From the NCBI GenBank assembly GCA_964016885.1, contig OZ024756.1, positions 11,346,001 through 11,410,000 of the forward strand: a DNA stretch of 64,000 bases, read 5' to 3'. Below the pieces are notes generated by a model. The model saw only the letters and a program-made list of their open reading frames with translations, had not been told where the DNA came from and ran no database searches. This DNA is from Eledone cirrhosa (Eukaryota). Made by a program: the position numbers and the translations under genes. The first letter of the stretch is position 1, and every line of letters starts with the position of its first letter. Shown here in pieces: positions 1 through 12,400 of this stretch.

Positions 1-158
1 GACGCCATGCTTTCCAGCATAGTTACGTCCCTTTACGATCTGAGTTCAAATCCCGCCGAGGTTGACTTTGCCTTTCATCCTTACGGGGTCGATAAAATAA
101 AGTACCAGTAATGCACTGGGTAATTGCTGGCCTTGTGCCTAAAGTAGAAACAATTATT
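1..158 (+). mobile_element. tRNA-derived SINE, family A (5' end cut by window edge)
   Basis: B-box-like GAGTTCAAATCC followed by GTTGACTTTGCCTTTCATCCTTACGGGGTCGATAAAATAAAGTACCAG; near-identical copies at 626, 5648, 8214 and 45554. Confidence 0.85.
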
Positions 159-259
159 TGATATATACATATATATATATATACACAAATAAAAGGCAGA
201 GTTAATAACTCATACTGATACCCTGTAATTAACAAGCTCAAAGTATAAATACTGAGCAT

Positions 260-609
260 TCATCATCATCATCATCATCATTTCATTTTTACGTCCACTT
301 TTCCCTGCTTGCAAGGGTGGGACGGGAACTAATTCTGGCTGATTTCTACAGCTGGATGCCCTTCCTAACACCAACCTCATTTACAGTGAGTGCTGGGTGC
401 TTTTTTGCCGTGGCACCTCCACGACTACTTTGCAGTGGAATGATAGGGACCCCAGTCCCTATCATCTCATTTCTACAGCTGAGTAAACTGGAGCAATGTG
501 AAATAAAGTGTCTTGCTCAAGGAAACAACACATCACCCAGTCTGAGAATTGAACTCACAACCTTTCGATTGCAAGGCCAATGCTCTAACCACTTATCCAT
601 GTGCCTCCA
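260..609 (-). mobile_element. tRNA-derived SINE, family B, with (GAT)n tail
   Basis: Minus strand reads a tRNA-like head (TGGAGGCACATGGATAAGTGGTTAGAGC...GAGTTCAATTC), TCCTTGAGCAAGACACTTTATTTCAC, GGTTGGTGTTAGGAAGGGCATCCAGCTGTAGAAA and a (GAT)n tail; homologous copy at 60580-60953. Confidence 0.8.
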
Positions 610-625
610 TTATATAATAATATAT

Positions 626-810
626 GGTGGATTGGCAGTATCGGTAGAGGGTCAGACGCCATGCTTTCCAGCATAGTTACGTCCCTTTACGATCTGAGTT
701 CAAATCCCGCCGAGGTTGACTTTGCCTTTCATCCTTACGGGGTCGATAAAATAAAGTACCAGTAATACACTGGGTAATTGCTGGCCTTGTGCCTAAAGTA
801 GAAACAATTA
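626..810 (+). mobile_element. tRNA-derived SINE, family A
   Basis: GGTGGATTGGCAGTATCGGTAGAG head, B-box, body nearly identical to 1-158. Confidence 0.85.
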
Positions 811-1283
811 TATAATAATATATGTAGTAATAAACACAGTAAATTGTGTGTCTAAAATTACGAGGGTTGAAATACCACATTGGTTTGACAAATTTAACCA
901 GAAGTAAACGGAAAATATATAAAATATACAGACCGTCTCAATAACTATTACATCTCCTGGACAGATTAAAGATGTAATCTGTTTTGCCCTGAGAATTGTG
1001 TTTGTAACAGATAATCCGGGGGCATCATCAGCGAGAGAATTAGATTAAATGTGACAAACACCTAAAACTAAAAGCCACATGAATGAATATTTCACCTCGT
1101 GCGCTATAAGTCAAAAGTGGTGTGAGTGGATAGGCTAGAAACAATAGCCTTAATACACACAACTTATAAGCTAGTTAGGGAGCCAAAATACAAATAAGAG
1201 GCAGAGTTAGTAGCTCCTATTTCAAACCTCGTAATTTTAGACACACGATTTACTGTATTTATTACGACATATATTATTATTAT
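809..1283. mobile_element. Short non-autonomous element with ~65-bp terminal inverted repeats
   Basis: 809-875 (ATATGTAGTAATAAACACAGTAAATTGTGTGTCTAAAATTACGAGGGTTGAAATA) is the imperfect reverse complement of 1218-1283; ends in (TA)n. Confidence 0.65.
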
Positions 1284-1599
1284 TATATATATATATATAT
1301 ATATGTGTGTGTATGTGTGTGTGTGTATGTATATATATATATATATATATATATAGTAATGAGTCTTGTCACAGGATCGTCAGACAAATATCACACACAC
1401 ACACATACTCATCCTCTGATGATTGATTCCCGTCTCCTGTAACTTTAGCACAATCAATAGTTGGTAATCGATGATCAATTGCTTAGTTCAATTTTTGTTA
1501 TGGTTTTCAAGTCATGAAATCGTACCGTAAGGAAAGAACTTTTCCACCTTAAAGTACGTATTTTTACTAAATATTATGTGCTCTATATATGTACTTATT

Positions 1600-1700
1600 G
1601 AAGGTGTGTAGCTGGGTGGCTAGAGAATTGGATTTGCAATCGTTGTCAATGCTTTATGTCCTTGAGCAAGACACTTTATTTTATGTTGCTCCTTCTGGCA
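1600..1700 (+). mobile_element. Diverged 5' fragment of SINE family B
   Basis: TCCTTGAGCAAGACACTTTATTTTATGTTGCTCC preceded by a degenerate tRNA-like head. Confidence 0.55.
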
Positions 1701-1882
1701 TGTATTTGCGACTCATAGATAGTACTAGCAATTAGAAAGACTAACGAAAACATTGTTTCTTCTGTCCAATTTGATGAAAGTCAATCGACAGTCGATATAT
1801 GTACAAAATACTTTGTGTTTCTCAAATGATATATGGCTCTTTCTCTCTCTATATATATATACATATATCTTTTAATTTAAAT

Positions 1883-1915
<33 letters not shown>

Positions 1916-1990
1916 ATATATATATATGTGTATATATATATGTATTATGAAAGTAAAACAAAGAAGCCTTCAATACATCAAAAGTCTTTA

Positions 1991-2036
1991 TTAGCCAACA
2001 ATGTTTTGTCCTATTAAGGACTCATCAGGGCAATTA
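1991..2036 (-). ncRNA. Degenerate minimal type I hammerhead ribozyme motif
   Basis: Minus strand: GCC-CTGATGA-GTCCT-TAAT-AGGAC-AAAAC-ATTGTT-GGC; stems I and II pair, GAAA is mutated to AAAA. Confidence 0.55.
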
Positions 2037-2235
2037 AAACAACAAGAAATATTATCGGCCAATACAAGCCAGAAACTCCGAAGAATATGGGGTGTACATA
2101 CACTAAAGTATTGCAAGATTATGGGTAAAAATATATAATAAAAATATATAATAAAAATCACTAAGGAGGTGTATAACATTTAGAACCATATTACAAATAT
2201 AGTCCAAAGCATATATGTATATATATATATATATA

Positions 2236-3456
2236 CTTGATGTGGTCGCCCTTTATACCTCCGTACCAGCATCCCCAGCTGTCGACCTGTTGACCGAACG
2301 AGTCCGAGCATCTAACTTACACTGCTCCGGACTCACACACACGGACATCCACCAACTCCTCTCCTTCGTTGTGGATAATGCACTCTTCAATTTCCTCGGC
2401 CACACGTACAAACAAATCTCTGGGCTATCTATGGGCTCTAGTCTGTCCGGCATACTTGCAATCTCGTACATGGACCACCTGGAACGCAAGGCACTCAATA
2501 CCTGCCAACCCAACGCCGTCGCCTTCTACTCCAGATACGTTGAGGATATTCTGATACTTACTTCTTCCCGGGAGATGGTGAATGAAATTCACCAAATCTT
2601 CAACGATACTGACCATCACGTCGATTTCACCATCGAACACCCAGGAGAAGACGGGTCACTCGCCCTCCTCGACTTCCGTATCAACATCTCGGAAGAAGGA
2701 GACATAAACACCACCTTCTACTGCAAAGCAGCGTGCAAGGACCTATTTGTGCATTACAACTCAACCCTCCCCAACAACGCTAAGAGAGGCTATGTCCTAA
2801 ATGAACTGACACAGATCACTAACAGATGCAGCGACCCGATGGGTGGTCTCACCCATACCACGCAATTCCGTAATCTACTCAGATCTAATGGTTATCCCAA
2901 GCGACTGATTAACGGAATTAGAGACCCCAGACCCAATAGACAGACACCCACTAGAAACTTAAATAATAGCAGGTGCTTCTTTAAAATCCCCCACCTGAGT
3001 GAATATACCACGAACGCCATCCGCAGGGCCATACGGACGGAGGGACTTGACATACATTTGGCCCACACAGGACCTTCGCTGCGAAGATGCCTCTCCAACA
3101 AACCCGACGAGTCAGATGGGACGTGTTCCCTCAGCAACTGCCCGATACGGGGGGCAGATTGCCTACGCACCTATGTCGTATATAAGATTCAATGCGATAA
3201 ATGTAACAAGTTTTACATAGGTAGCACCATCCGACCCCTACATCTTCGTATCAAGGAACATATCAACACCAACGCATCTTCCTTCCGTAAACACATCCTT
3301 AAATGCGGAAACCCACAGGGTAGACCCTTGGTCACAGTCCTAGCGACTGAACGCAGCATCGGATCCTTAAGGATAAAGGAAGCACTTGTTATTAAGAACC
3401 TTAGACCCCCACTTAACAACCGGGCTGAGAGAAATGAGCTGACATGGCTAACTTAA
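2236..3456 (+). pseudogene. Penelope reverse transcriptase + GIY-YIG endonuclease, 5'-truncated
   Basis: LDVVALYT, GLSMGSSLS, catalytic motif changed to YVED, endonuclease VVYKIQCDKC..FYIGST..RIKEH; the ORF-track start lies in the TA microsatellite. Confidence 0.9.
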
Positions 3457-3529
3457 CCATAGTGACCATTCACAGCCTACGGCCTGCTATCTTCACACAC
3501 ACGCACGTATATGCATACCCATACGCATA

Positions 3530-3965
3530 CACACACACATCTATATTTATACACGCACACATGTTTTTACAACCTACCACCTTTCACACCCTTTGATTTC
3601 CAGCTTCTACAGCCCACTATCTTTCACACACACACGCACTCACACATATACACACACAGTTACACACACATGTATACCCATATGCTTACACACACACATC
3701 TATATTTATACACGCACACATGTTTTTACAACCTACCACCTTTCACACCCTTTGATTTCCAGCTTCTACAGCCCACTATCTTTCACACACGCACTCACAC
3801 ATATACACACACAGTTACACACACATGTATACCCATATGCTTACACACACACATCTATATTTATACATGCACACATGTTTTACAACCTACCACCTTTCAC
3901 ACCCTTTGATTTCCAGCTTCTACAGCCCACTATCTTTCACACACACGCACACTCACACATATACA
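3530..3965 (+). repeat. ~157-bp tandem repeat (about 3 copies) in the Penelope 3' UTR
   Basis: CTATATTTATACA...ACAACCTACCACCTTTCACACCCTTTGATTTCCAGCTTCTACAGCCC recurs at ~3541, 3700 and 3855. Confidence 0.9.
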
Positions 3966-4214
3966 CACTTACACTTATACACACACAGTTACACACACAT
4001 ATATATTTACACACACATATCTTACGGCTTTCACACGCTAGCGCACCCTCTTGATTTAACCCATTTGGTCAGTAGCTTTTGCCACAGCCTATCACGCGCA
4101 CGCGCATTCTTTCCCTCGTTTAAATTTTAAATAATTTTCTCCCCATAACGGCATTCCTGTCTTAACGACATCACAACTTTCTCCGCTTGGCCTGTTCCCC
4201 CCCTTTTGGAACTT

Positions 4215-4250
4215 TCCCCCGTTGATGGGCATGAGCCCGAAATATTGGGA
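4215..4250 (+). ncRNA. Minimal hammerhead-like motif in Penelope tail
   Basis: TCCC-CCGTTGA-T-GGGC-ATGA-GCCC-GAAA-TATT-GGGA; stems I and II pair, stem III is the palindrome AATATT, core is degenerate. Confidence 0.55.
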
Positions 4251-4441
4251 TTAAATCTCCACTACGGTAACCCTTCTACCTTTGTTTTGTTTTCATCTTT
4301 GTCTCTCTCAATTTTCACTTTCACCTGTTTCTCCTATCTATCTTTCACTTCCTACCTCGAGATTTCCCTCTGCATTGTTGTGGCTTTCTTAACTACGTAT
4401 TTTACACATTTCACAATGCTTCAAGCAAACTTTAACACCCT

Positions 4442-4499
<58 letters not shown>

Positions 4500-5647
4500 T
4501 AAGTAGTGAAATAGCTGACACATATTTTGTTGCAGGGTTGTGCGGGGAGAATACAATAGTAATGGCAGCAGGCTACTGCAGATTACTCTTCATTCAGTCA
4601 GCCGAGCCTTAACCCTTTAGCATTCACATTATTTTATATATATACTATTATATTTTCATGGTAAAGGCTTTACCTCACATAATTACCTCACATAATATCG
4701 AATCTATGAAATTTTGAAAGTATTTATTTTGAGAACAATACCTTAACATCAGTTTGAGCGACCAGTTACAGCCAGTTTCAACAGAAAGAGGTAGAGAATT
4801 CTGGCCGGCTTTGGCCGGTTTGAACACTGAAGGTTTAAACAACTAAAATGACTTATGCTGGTGTTTCTTTCAGTCTAGTCTACAAAGTCTTTGAGTAAAA
4901 AACCTTGTAACAAGCAAAGTATCAACTTCGGTTACAGTTCCACGTGTAGTATTGATGCCAGTTACATAGATACTAGCAACTTACTGAGGGCAGCAGAGGA
5001 GTATTGTAGCAAGAACAATAGTATTGATTTGCCTTATCTTATACTCATCCATCATATTTAAGTTCACCTTCCTTTATAATTCTCATGCAATTTATGTGAA
5101 AACTTAAGTAAAACATACATTCACGCTATAAATATGTTTTATTGCTCTGTATCCAATATTCCTTTCTTCTTCACATCAAATATATTTCATAATAACTATC
5201 TAAATACCTTGACAGCTGTTGTAAATTGAAAGATATTTGCTTCTGCTCTCTCCTCCTTCTGTTTTTCTTTTTTATAAACCTTAATCCCTCATTTTAGTTT
5301 GAGCTGTAAATATTTTTGTTTATAGCAACAGCTTGGTCACTGAATTTTCTCGGCTAATTAGATAAATTTTCCTATTTATTTAATGTACAAATACAAATAT
5401 TTCATATGTGAATTGTGTGGCAGTTTTGTCTTTTATGCTACAGGAAGTTTGGACAAAATAAACTACTGGTTTAACAATGTGGCTTGATTTAATTTAGTAA
5501 GATTGATGTCACCCAGGTTTCTAGCAGCAAAAGACAATGGTTGAGAATTCTAAGAATATCTAAACTATAATAAAGTAAGGAGCGCGGGACTGCATATGGT
5601 TTATAATTTTTTATCCCATTAGTAAAATAAGTTGCATTACTTTGAAT

Positions 5648-5838
5648 AAATAATTGTTTCTACTTTAGGCACAAGGCCAGCAGTTACCCAGTGCATTACT
5701 GGTACTTTATTTTATCGACCCCGTAAGGATGAAAGGCAAAGTCAACCTCGGTGGGATTTGAACTCAGATCGTAAAGGGAAGTAACTATGCTGGAAAGCAT
5801 GGTGTCCGACCCTCTACCAATACTGCCAATCCACCTTT
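5648..5838 (-). mobile_element. tRNA-derived SINE, family A
   Basis: Reverse complement of 626-810 with few mismatches. Confidence 0.85.
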
Positions 5839-6845
5839 GAATAAATAATGAATAATGTATCTACTAAATTTCGTGGCTGTTGATTTTGTTTATTTAAAGA
5901 TTAACTTCTATAAAATTTCTGAAATGTCAACACTTCCGGTTGGCTATTGCTTAAATAAACATACTAATTTTCTCCTAATGCAGATTATATATAATATCGT
6001 CGTTTTTAATGTATCATGGATTACGTTACTGATTAAATAAGACAGTGTAACACAGTCTTCGTTCAATTTCTATGTTTTATATATTGTCAATTACGATTTT
6101 ATTTGATGTATATAAGGTTAGCGTATGTTGATGCCCTAAGGACAAACACTGGTCTGTTGGAGATGCAGGACATGGCAGCGATAATGAGGGGCAGAGACTG
6201 CTGGAGAGAACTCGTCCATGGATCTTGGGAATTTTACCCGCCCTGCGTATAATATCAATATACACATGCTAGCAGAAAACCCCCCGAGGGCTGGTTTTTC
6301 TGCTAGTGTTCTTAATCCCGCTTCAGTTGTAGTCATTTTCATACCAAACAGTCCTAGGTTCTCTCATACAAAACTATTTTGTTTTTTTTTATGTTTATAT
6401 TTGTCTAAAAACATTCCATGTTAATTTTATGTAAGAACCTTTGTTAAGTTATGTTCCAAATATTAGCTTAATAATGAGGAATTCTTGATTGTTTTGAAAA
6501 TTACTTAAAAAATCAAGGCAGTGTCTTTCATTAGAAATATGGTAATGTAGGGACTAATTGACTGAACTGGAATTTCTCAGACAACTAGTATTATCTTGAG
6601 ACCAAACACTTTAACCTTTTCGTGATCAGATTTTTAATGAAATACACATTATTTCAATTAATTAATGAAGAATTTGGAGGGATTTACTAAAATTATAAAT
6701 TATACCATTAAGATAATAAGTTAACATGTGGATCTTATATAAAGTTATGTTGGAAGATTTTAATTTAAATAGGAACCCTATAAAATGGGTGGTTTTGTAT
6801 CATAGAACCAGAGACTGTAATGACTGCACTGGTATTAAAAGAATT

Positions 6846-7990
6846 GAAGGTAGACAGAGGTATATACCCACAGCAAGGTAGACAGAGGTATATACCGACA
6901 GCAGGGTAGACAGAGGTATATACCAACAGCAAGGTAGACAGAGGTATATGCCCTCAGCAGGGTAGACAGAGGTATATACCGACAGCAAGGTAGACAAAGG
7001 TATATACCCACAGCAGGTTAGACAAAGGTATATACCGACAGCAAGGTAGACAGAGGTATATACCCACAGCAGGTTAGACAAAGGTATATACCGACAGCAA
7101 GGTAGACAGAGGTATATACCCACAGCAGGTTAGACAAAGGTATATACCGACAGCAAGGTAGACAGAGGTATATACCGACAGCAAGGTAGACAAAGGTATA
7201 TACCGACAGCAGGGTAGACAAAGGTATATACCCACAGCAAGGTAGACAAAGGTATATACCTACAGCAAGGTAAACAGAGGTATATACCCACAACAAGGTA
7301 GACAGAGGTATATACCCACAACAAGGTAGACAAAGGTATATACCGACAGCAGGGTAGACAGAGGTATATACCGACAGCAGGGTAGACAAAGTTATATACC
7401 CACAACAAGGTAGACAGAGGTATATACTGACAGAAAGGTAGACAGAGGTATATACCCACAACAAGGTAGACAGAGGTATATACCCACAACAAGGTAGACA
7501 GAGGTATATTCCCACAACAGGGTAGACAGAGTTATATACCGACAGCAAGGTAGACAGAGGTATATACCTACAACAAGGTAGACAGAGGTATATACCGACA
7601 GCAAGGTAGACAGAGGTATATACCGACAGCAGGGTAGACAAAGGTATATACCCACAGCAAGGTAGATTGAGGTATATACCCACAGCAGGGTAGATAGAGG
7701 TATATACCGACAGCAAGGTAGACAGAGGTATATACCGACAGTAGGGTAGACAGAGGTATATACCGACAGCAGGGTAGACAGAGGTATATACCGACAGCAA
7801 GGTAGACAGAGGTATATACCGACAGCAGGGTAGACAGAGGTATATACCGACAGCAGGGTAGACAGAGGTATATACCCACAGCAAGGTAGACAAAGGTATA
7901 TACCGACAGTAGGGTAGTCAGAGGTATATACCCACAGCAAGGTAGACAAAGTTATATACCCACAGTAAGGTAGACAGAGGTATATACCTA
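6846..7990. repeat. 28-bp minisatellite, about 41 copies
   Basis: Unit GGTAGACAGAGGTATATACCGACAGCAA with single-base variants. Confidence 0.97.
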
Positions 7991-8061
7991 CTTAGCTTGA
8001 TACTAACCCGTTGATAGATATCTGCAATGAGATTATTCTGAGATTAACAAAACAGTTGGCA

Positions 8062-8212
8062 CTGATATTCCTCTCTCACAGTCCTTTACAGTTTCTGGCC
8101 AGGAGAGACTCTTCATGTGGTCACATGACCCTGATATTCCTCTCTCATAGTACTTTACAGTTTCTGGCCAGGAGAGACACTTCATGTGATCACATGACCC
8201 TGATATTCATCT
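8062..8212. repeat. Short tandem duplication (69-bp unit, about 2.2 copies)
   Basis: CTGATATTC recurs at 8062, 8131 and 8200; sequence unrelated to the large satellite. Confidence 0.85.
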
Positions 8213-8213
8213 C

Positions 8214-8356
8214 TGGTACTTTATTTTATCGACCCTGTAAGGATGAAAGGCAAAGTTAACCTTGGCGGGATTTGAACTTAGAATGGCAAGGGCCGTAACT
8301 CTGTGCGTCAAAGCATGGCGTCCGATCCTCTACCGATACTGCCAATCCACCGCCCT
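8214..8356 (-). mobile_element. SINE family A, 3'-truncated
   Basis: TGGTACTTTATTTTATCGACCC...GGATTTGAACT...TACTGCCAATCCACC. Confidence 0.8.
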
Positions 8357-9061
8357 TCTTCCATAAAATAATGGTGGACGGGTTATAGAGAAATAAACAG
8401 CTTTGTATCAGAGAAACAGAAGTGGTTTCAGGCAGTTTGGTAGGAAAACAAGATAAAAATTGAACAAAAAGTTATCATATATATATACCTACACACACAC
8501 ATATATATACTTACATACACTCATGCACATATATATACCTACACACACACATATATATACTTACATACACTCACGCACATATATATACCTACACACACAC
8601 ACATATATATATATAAAGATAAAGTTCCTGTCTGTTTGTTAATTTGTTTGTTCACGAACTTCTCCTATGGTTTTGGAGATAGACCCCCATAACCATATAT
8701 ATTCTGAAACTACATTGCCCAGGGTACTTAGATAAGTATATTTCATTTTAATCAAAGGATTCCCTGGGGGCACAAACCCCTGCTGAAAATCTTTTCCCTT
8801 CGATTTATATGATATTTAAACCATAGATAAATGACAAGAAATGATGGCTATTCACAAAATTGCAGCAAATTTCAATAATATTAAGACACCATAATGGGGG
8901 TTAAACCCCCTATAGTGAACATTTTGGAAGGCCATAACTTGAGTATTGGAACCTCTATTGTCACGGGGGTTTCTATTAATTAAACGTAAATCAACAAAAA
9001 AACCCACCTCTCTTTTATAGTAAAATTTGGCTAATTTAGACATTTTTATCAGACATCCCTT

Positions 9062-9406
9062 ATGCCATGGAAAAGAAAATCCAGTTATGCGAATAATCCA
9101 CATGCAAAAAGGATGAGGCTTCGTTGTCAATCTGAAAGCTGTGATGCAAGGGAAGAACGACTTTCTAGGCATAGACAGAGGCAAACAGAGTCTCGGCAAA
9201 ATGAAAGCTGTGGTGCAAGGGAAGAACGACTTTCTAGGCAAAGACAGAGGCAAACAGACTCTCGGCAAAATGAAAGCTGTGGTGCAAGGGAAGAACGACT
9301 TTCTAGGCAAAGACAGAGGCAAACAGAGTCTCGGCAAAATGAAAGCTGTGGTGCAAGGGAAGAACGACTTTCTAGGCAAAGACAGAGGCAAACAGAGTCT
9401 CGGTAA
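9062..9406 (+). pseudogene. N-terminus of Helitron Rep/helicase-like protein with STPR-like 23-aa repeats
   Basis: MPWKRKSSYANNPHAKRMRLRCQSESCDAREERLSRHRQRQTESRQNES...; ends at the first CAA>TAA unit variant. Confidence 0.6.
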
Positions 9407-12400
9407 AATGAAAGCTGTGATGCAAGGGAAGAACGATTTTCTAGGCAAAGACAGAGGCAAACAGAGTCTCGGCAAAATGAAAGCTGTGGTGCAAGGGAAG
9501 AACGACTTTCTAGGCAAAGACAGAGGCAAACAGAGTCTCGGCAAAATGAAAGCTGTGGTGCAAGGGAAGAACGACTTTCTAGGCAAAGACAGAGGCAAAC
9601 AGAGTCTCGGCAAAATGAAAGCTGTGGTGCAAGGGAAGAACGACTTTCTAGGCAAAGACAGAGGCAAACGGAGTCTCGGTAAAATGAAAGCTGTGGTGCA
9701 AGGGAAGAACGACTTTATAGTCAAAGACAGAGGCAAACAGAGTCTCGGTAAAATGAAAGCTGTGGTGCAAGGGAAGAACGACTTTATAGTCAAAGACAGA
9801 GGCAAACAGAGTCTCAGTAAAATGAAAGCTGTGGTGCAAGGGAAGAACGACTTTATAGTCAAAGACAGAGGCAAACAGAGTCTCGGCAAAATGAAAGCTG
9901 TGATGCAAGGGAAGAACGACTTTTTAGGCAAAGACAGAGGCAAACAGAGTCTCGGTAAAATGAAGGCTGTGGTGCAAGGGAAGAACGACTTTTTAGGCAA
10001 AGACAGAGGCAAACAGAGTCTCGGCAAAATGAAAGCTGTGGTGCAAGGGAAGAACGACTTTCTAGACAAAGACAGAGGCAAACGGAGTCTCGGTAAAATG
10101 AAAGCTGTGGTGCAAGGGAAGAACGACTTTATAGTCAAAGACAGAGGCAAACAGAGTCTCGGTAAAATGAAAGCTGTGGTGCAAGGGAAGAACGACTTTA
10201 TAGTCAAAGACAGAGGCAAACAGAGTCTCAGTAAAATGAAAGCTGTGGTGCAAGGGAAGAACGACTTTATAGTCAAAGACAGAGGCAAACAGAGTCTCGG
10301 CAAAATGAAAGCTGTGATGCAAGGGAAGAACGACTTTTTAGGCAAAGACAGAGGCAAACAGAGTCTCGGTAAAATGAAAGCTGTGGTGCAAGGGAAGAAC
10401 GACTTTTTAGGCAAAGACAGAGGCAAACAGAGTCTCGGTAAAATGAAAGCTGTGGTGCAAGGGAAGAACGACTTTCTAGGCAAAGACAGAGGCAAACAGA
10501 GTCTCGGCAAAATGAAAGCTGTGGTGCAAGGGAAGAACGACTTTCTAGGCAAAGACAGAGGCAAACAGAGTCTCGGTAAAATGAAAGCTGTGGTGCAAGG
10601 GAAGAACGACTTTCTAGGCAAAGACAGAGGCAAACAGAGTCTCGGCAAAATGAAAGCTGTGGTGCAAGGGAAGAACGACTTTCTAGGCAAAGACAGAGGC
10701 AAACAGAGTCTCGGCAAAATGAAAGCTGTGGTGCAAGGGAAGAACGACTTTCTAGGCAAAGACAGAGGCAAACAGAGTCTCGGCAAAATGAAAGCTGTGG
10801 TGCAAGGGAAGAACGACTTTATAGTCAAAGAGAGAGGCAAACAGAGTCTCGGTAAAATGAAAGCTGTGGTGCAAGGGAAGAACGACTTTATAGTCAAAGA
10901 CAGAAGCAAACAGAGTCTCAGTAAAATGAAAGCTGTGGTGCAAGGGAAGAACGACTTTCTAGGCAAAGACAGAGGCAAACAGAGTCTCGGCAAAATGAAA
11001 GCTGTGGTGCAAGGGAAGAACGACTTTCTAGGCAAAGACAGAGGCAAACAGAGTCTCGGTAAAATGAAAGCTGTGATGCAAGGGAAGAACGACTTTTTAG
11101 GCAAAGACAGAGGCAAACAGAGTCTCGGCAAAATGAAAGCTGTGATGCAAGGGAAGAACGACTTTCTAGGCAAAGACAGAGGCAAACAGAGTCTCGGCAA
11201 GATGAAAGCTGTGATGCAAGGGAAGAACGACTTTTTAGGCAAAGACAGAGGCAGACAGAGTATCGGTAAAATGAAAGCTGTGGTGCAAGGGAAGAACGAC
11301 TTTATAGTCAAAGACAGAGGCAAACAGAGTCTCGGTAAAATGAAAGCTGTGATGCAAGGGAAGAACGACTTTCTAGGCAAAGACAGAGTCTCGGCAAAAT
11401 GAAAGCTGTAGTGCAAGGGAAGAACGACTTTCTAGGCAAAGACAGAGGCAAACAGAGTCTCGGTAAAATGAAAGCTGTGGTGCAAGGGAAGAACGACTTT
11501 ATAGTCAAAGACAGAGGCAAACAGAGTCTCGGTAAAATGAAAGCTGTGGTGCAAGGGAAGAACGACTTTATAGTCAAAGACAGAGGCAAACAGAGTCTCA
11601 GTAAAATGAAAGCTGTGGTGCAAGGGAAGAACGACTTTATAGTCAAAGACAGAGGCAAACAGAGTCTCGGTAAAATGAAAGCTGTGGTGCAAGGGAAGAA
11701 CGACTTTTTAGTCAAAGACAGAGGCAAACAGAGTCTCGGTAAAATGAAAGCTGTGGTGCAAGGGAAGAACGACTTTATAGTCAAAGACAGAGGCAAACAG
11801 AGTCTCGGTAAAATGAAAGCTGTGGTGCAAGGGAAGAACGACTTTCTAGGCAAAGACAGAGGCAAACAGAGTCTCGGCAAAATGAAAGCTGTGGTGCAAG
11901 GGAAGAACGACTTTCTAGGCAAAGACAGAGGCAAACAGAGTCCCGGCAAAATGAAAGCTGTGGTGCAAGGGAAGAACGACTTTCTAGGCAAAGACAGAGA
12001 CAAACAGAGTCCGGGCAAAATGAAAGCTGTGGTGCAAGGGAAGGACGACTTTCTAGGCAAAGACAGAGGCAAACAGAGTCTCGGCAAAATGAAAGCTGTG
12101 GTGCAAGGGAAGAACGACTTTCTAGGCAAAGACAGAGGCAAACAGAGTCTCGGCAAAATGAAAGCTGTGGTGCAAGGGAAGAACGACTTTCTAGGCAAAG
12201 ACAGAGGCAAACAGAGTCTCGGCAAAATGAAAGCTGTGGTGCAAGGGAAGAACGACTTTCTAGGCAAAGACAGAGGCAAACAGAGTCCCGGCAAAATGAA
12301 AGCTGTGGTGCAAGGGAAGAACGACTTTCTAGGCAAAGACAGAGACAAACAGAGTCCGGGCAAAATGAAAGCTGTGGTGCAAGGGAAGGACGACTTTCTA

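Larger units (their letters stand above)
2236..4445 (+). mobile_element. 5'-truncated Penelope-like retroelement (Penelope/Poseidon type)
   Basis: RT+GIY-YIG ORF, long CA-rich 3' UTR, hammerhead-like motif; terminus TTCACAATGCTTCAAGCAAACTTTAACACCCTCT resembles the reverse complement of 57378-57416; (TA)n on both sides. Confidence 0.9.

Noticed and set aside
626-710. tRNA gene
   Set aside because: It is a SINE head present in several copies with the SINE body, and lacks a full cloverleaf
1412-1465. Hammerhead at CCTCTGATGATTGATT
   Set aside because: No GAAA at the expected position; too degenerate to call
6800-7949. Hydrophobic repeat ORFs
   Set aside because: Translation of the 28-bp minisatellite in several frames
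8062-8212. Precursor of the large 69-bp satellite
   Set aside because: Same period but no visible sequence similarity
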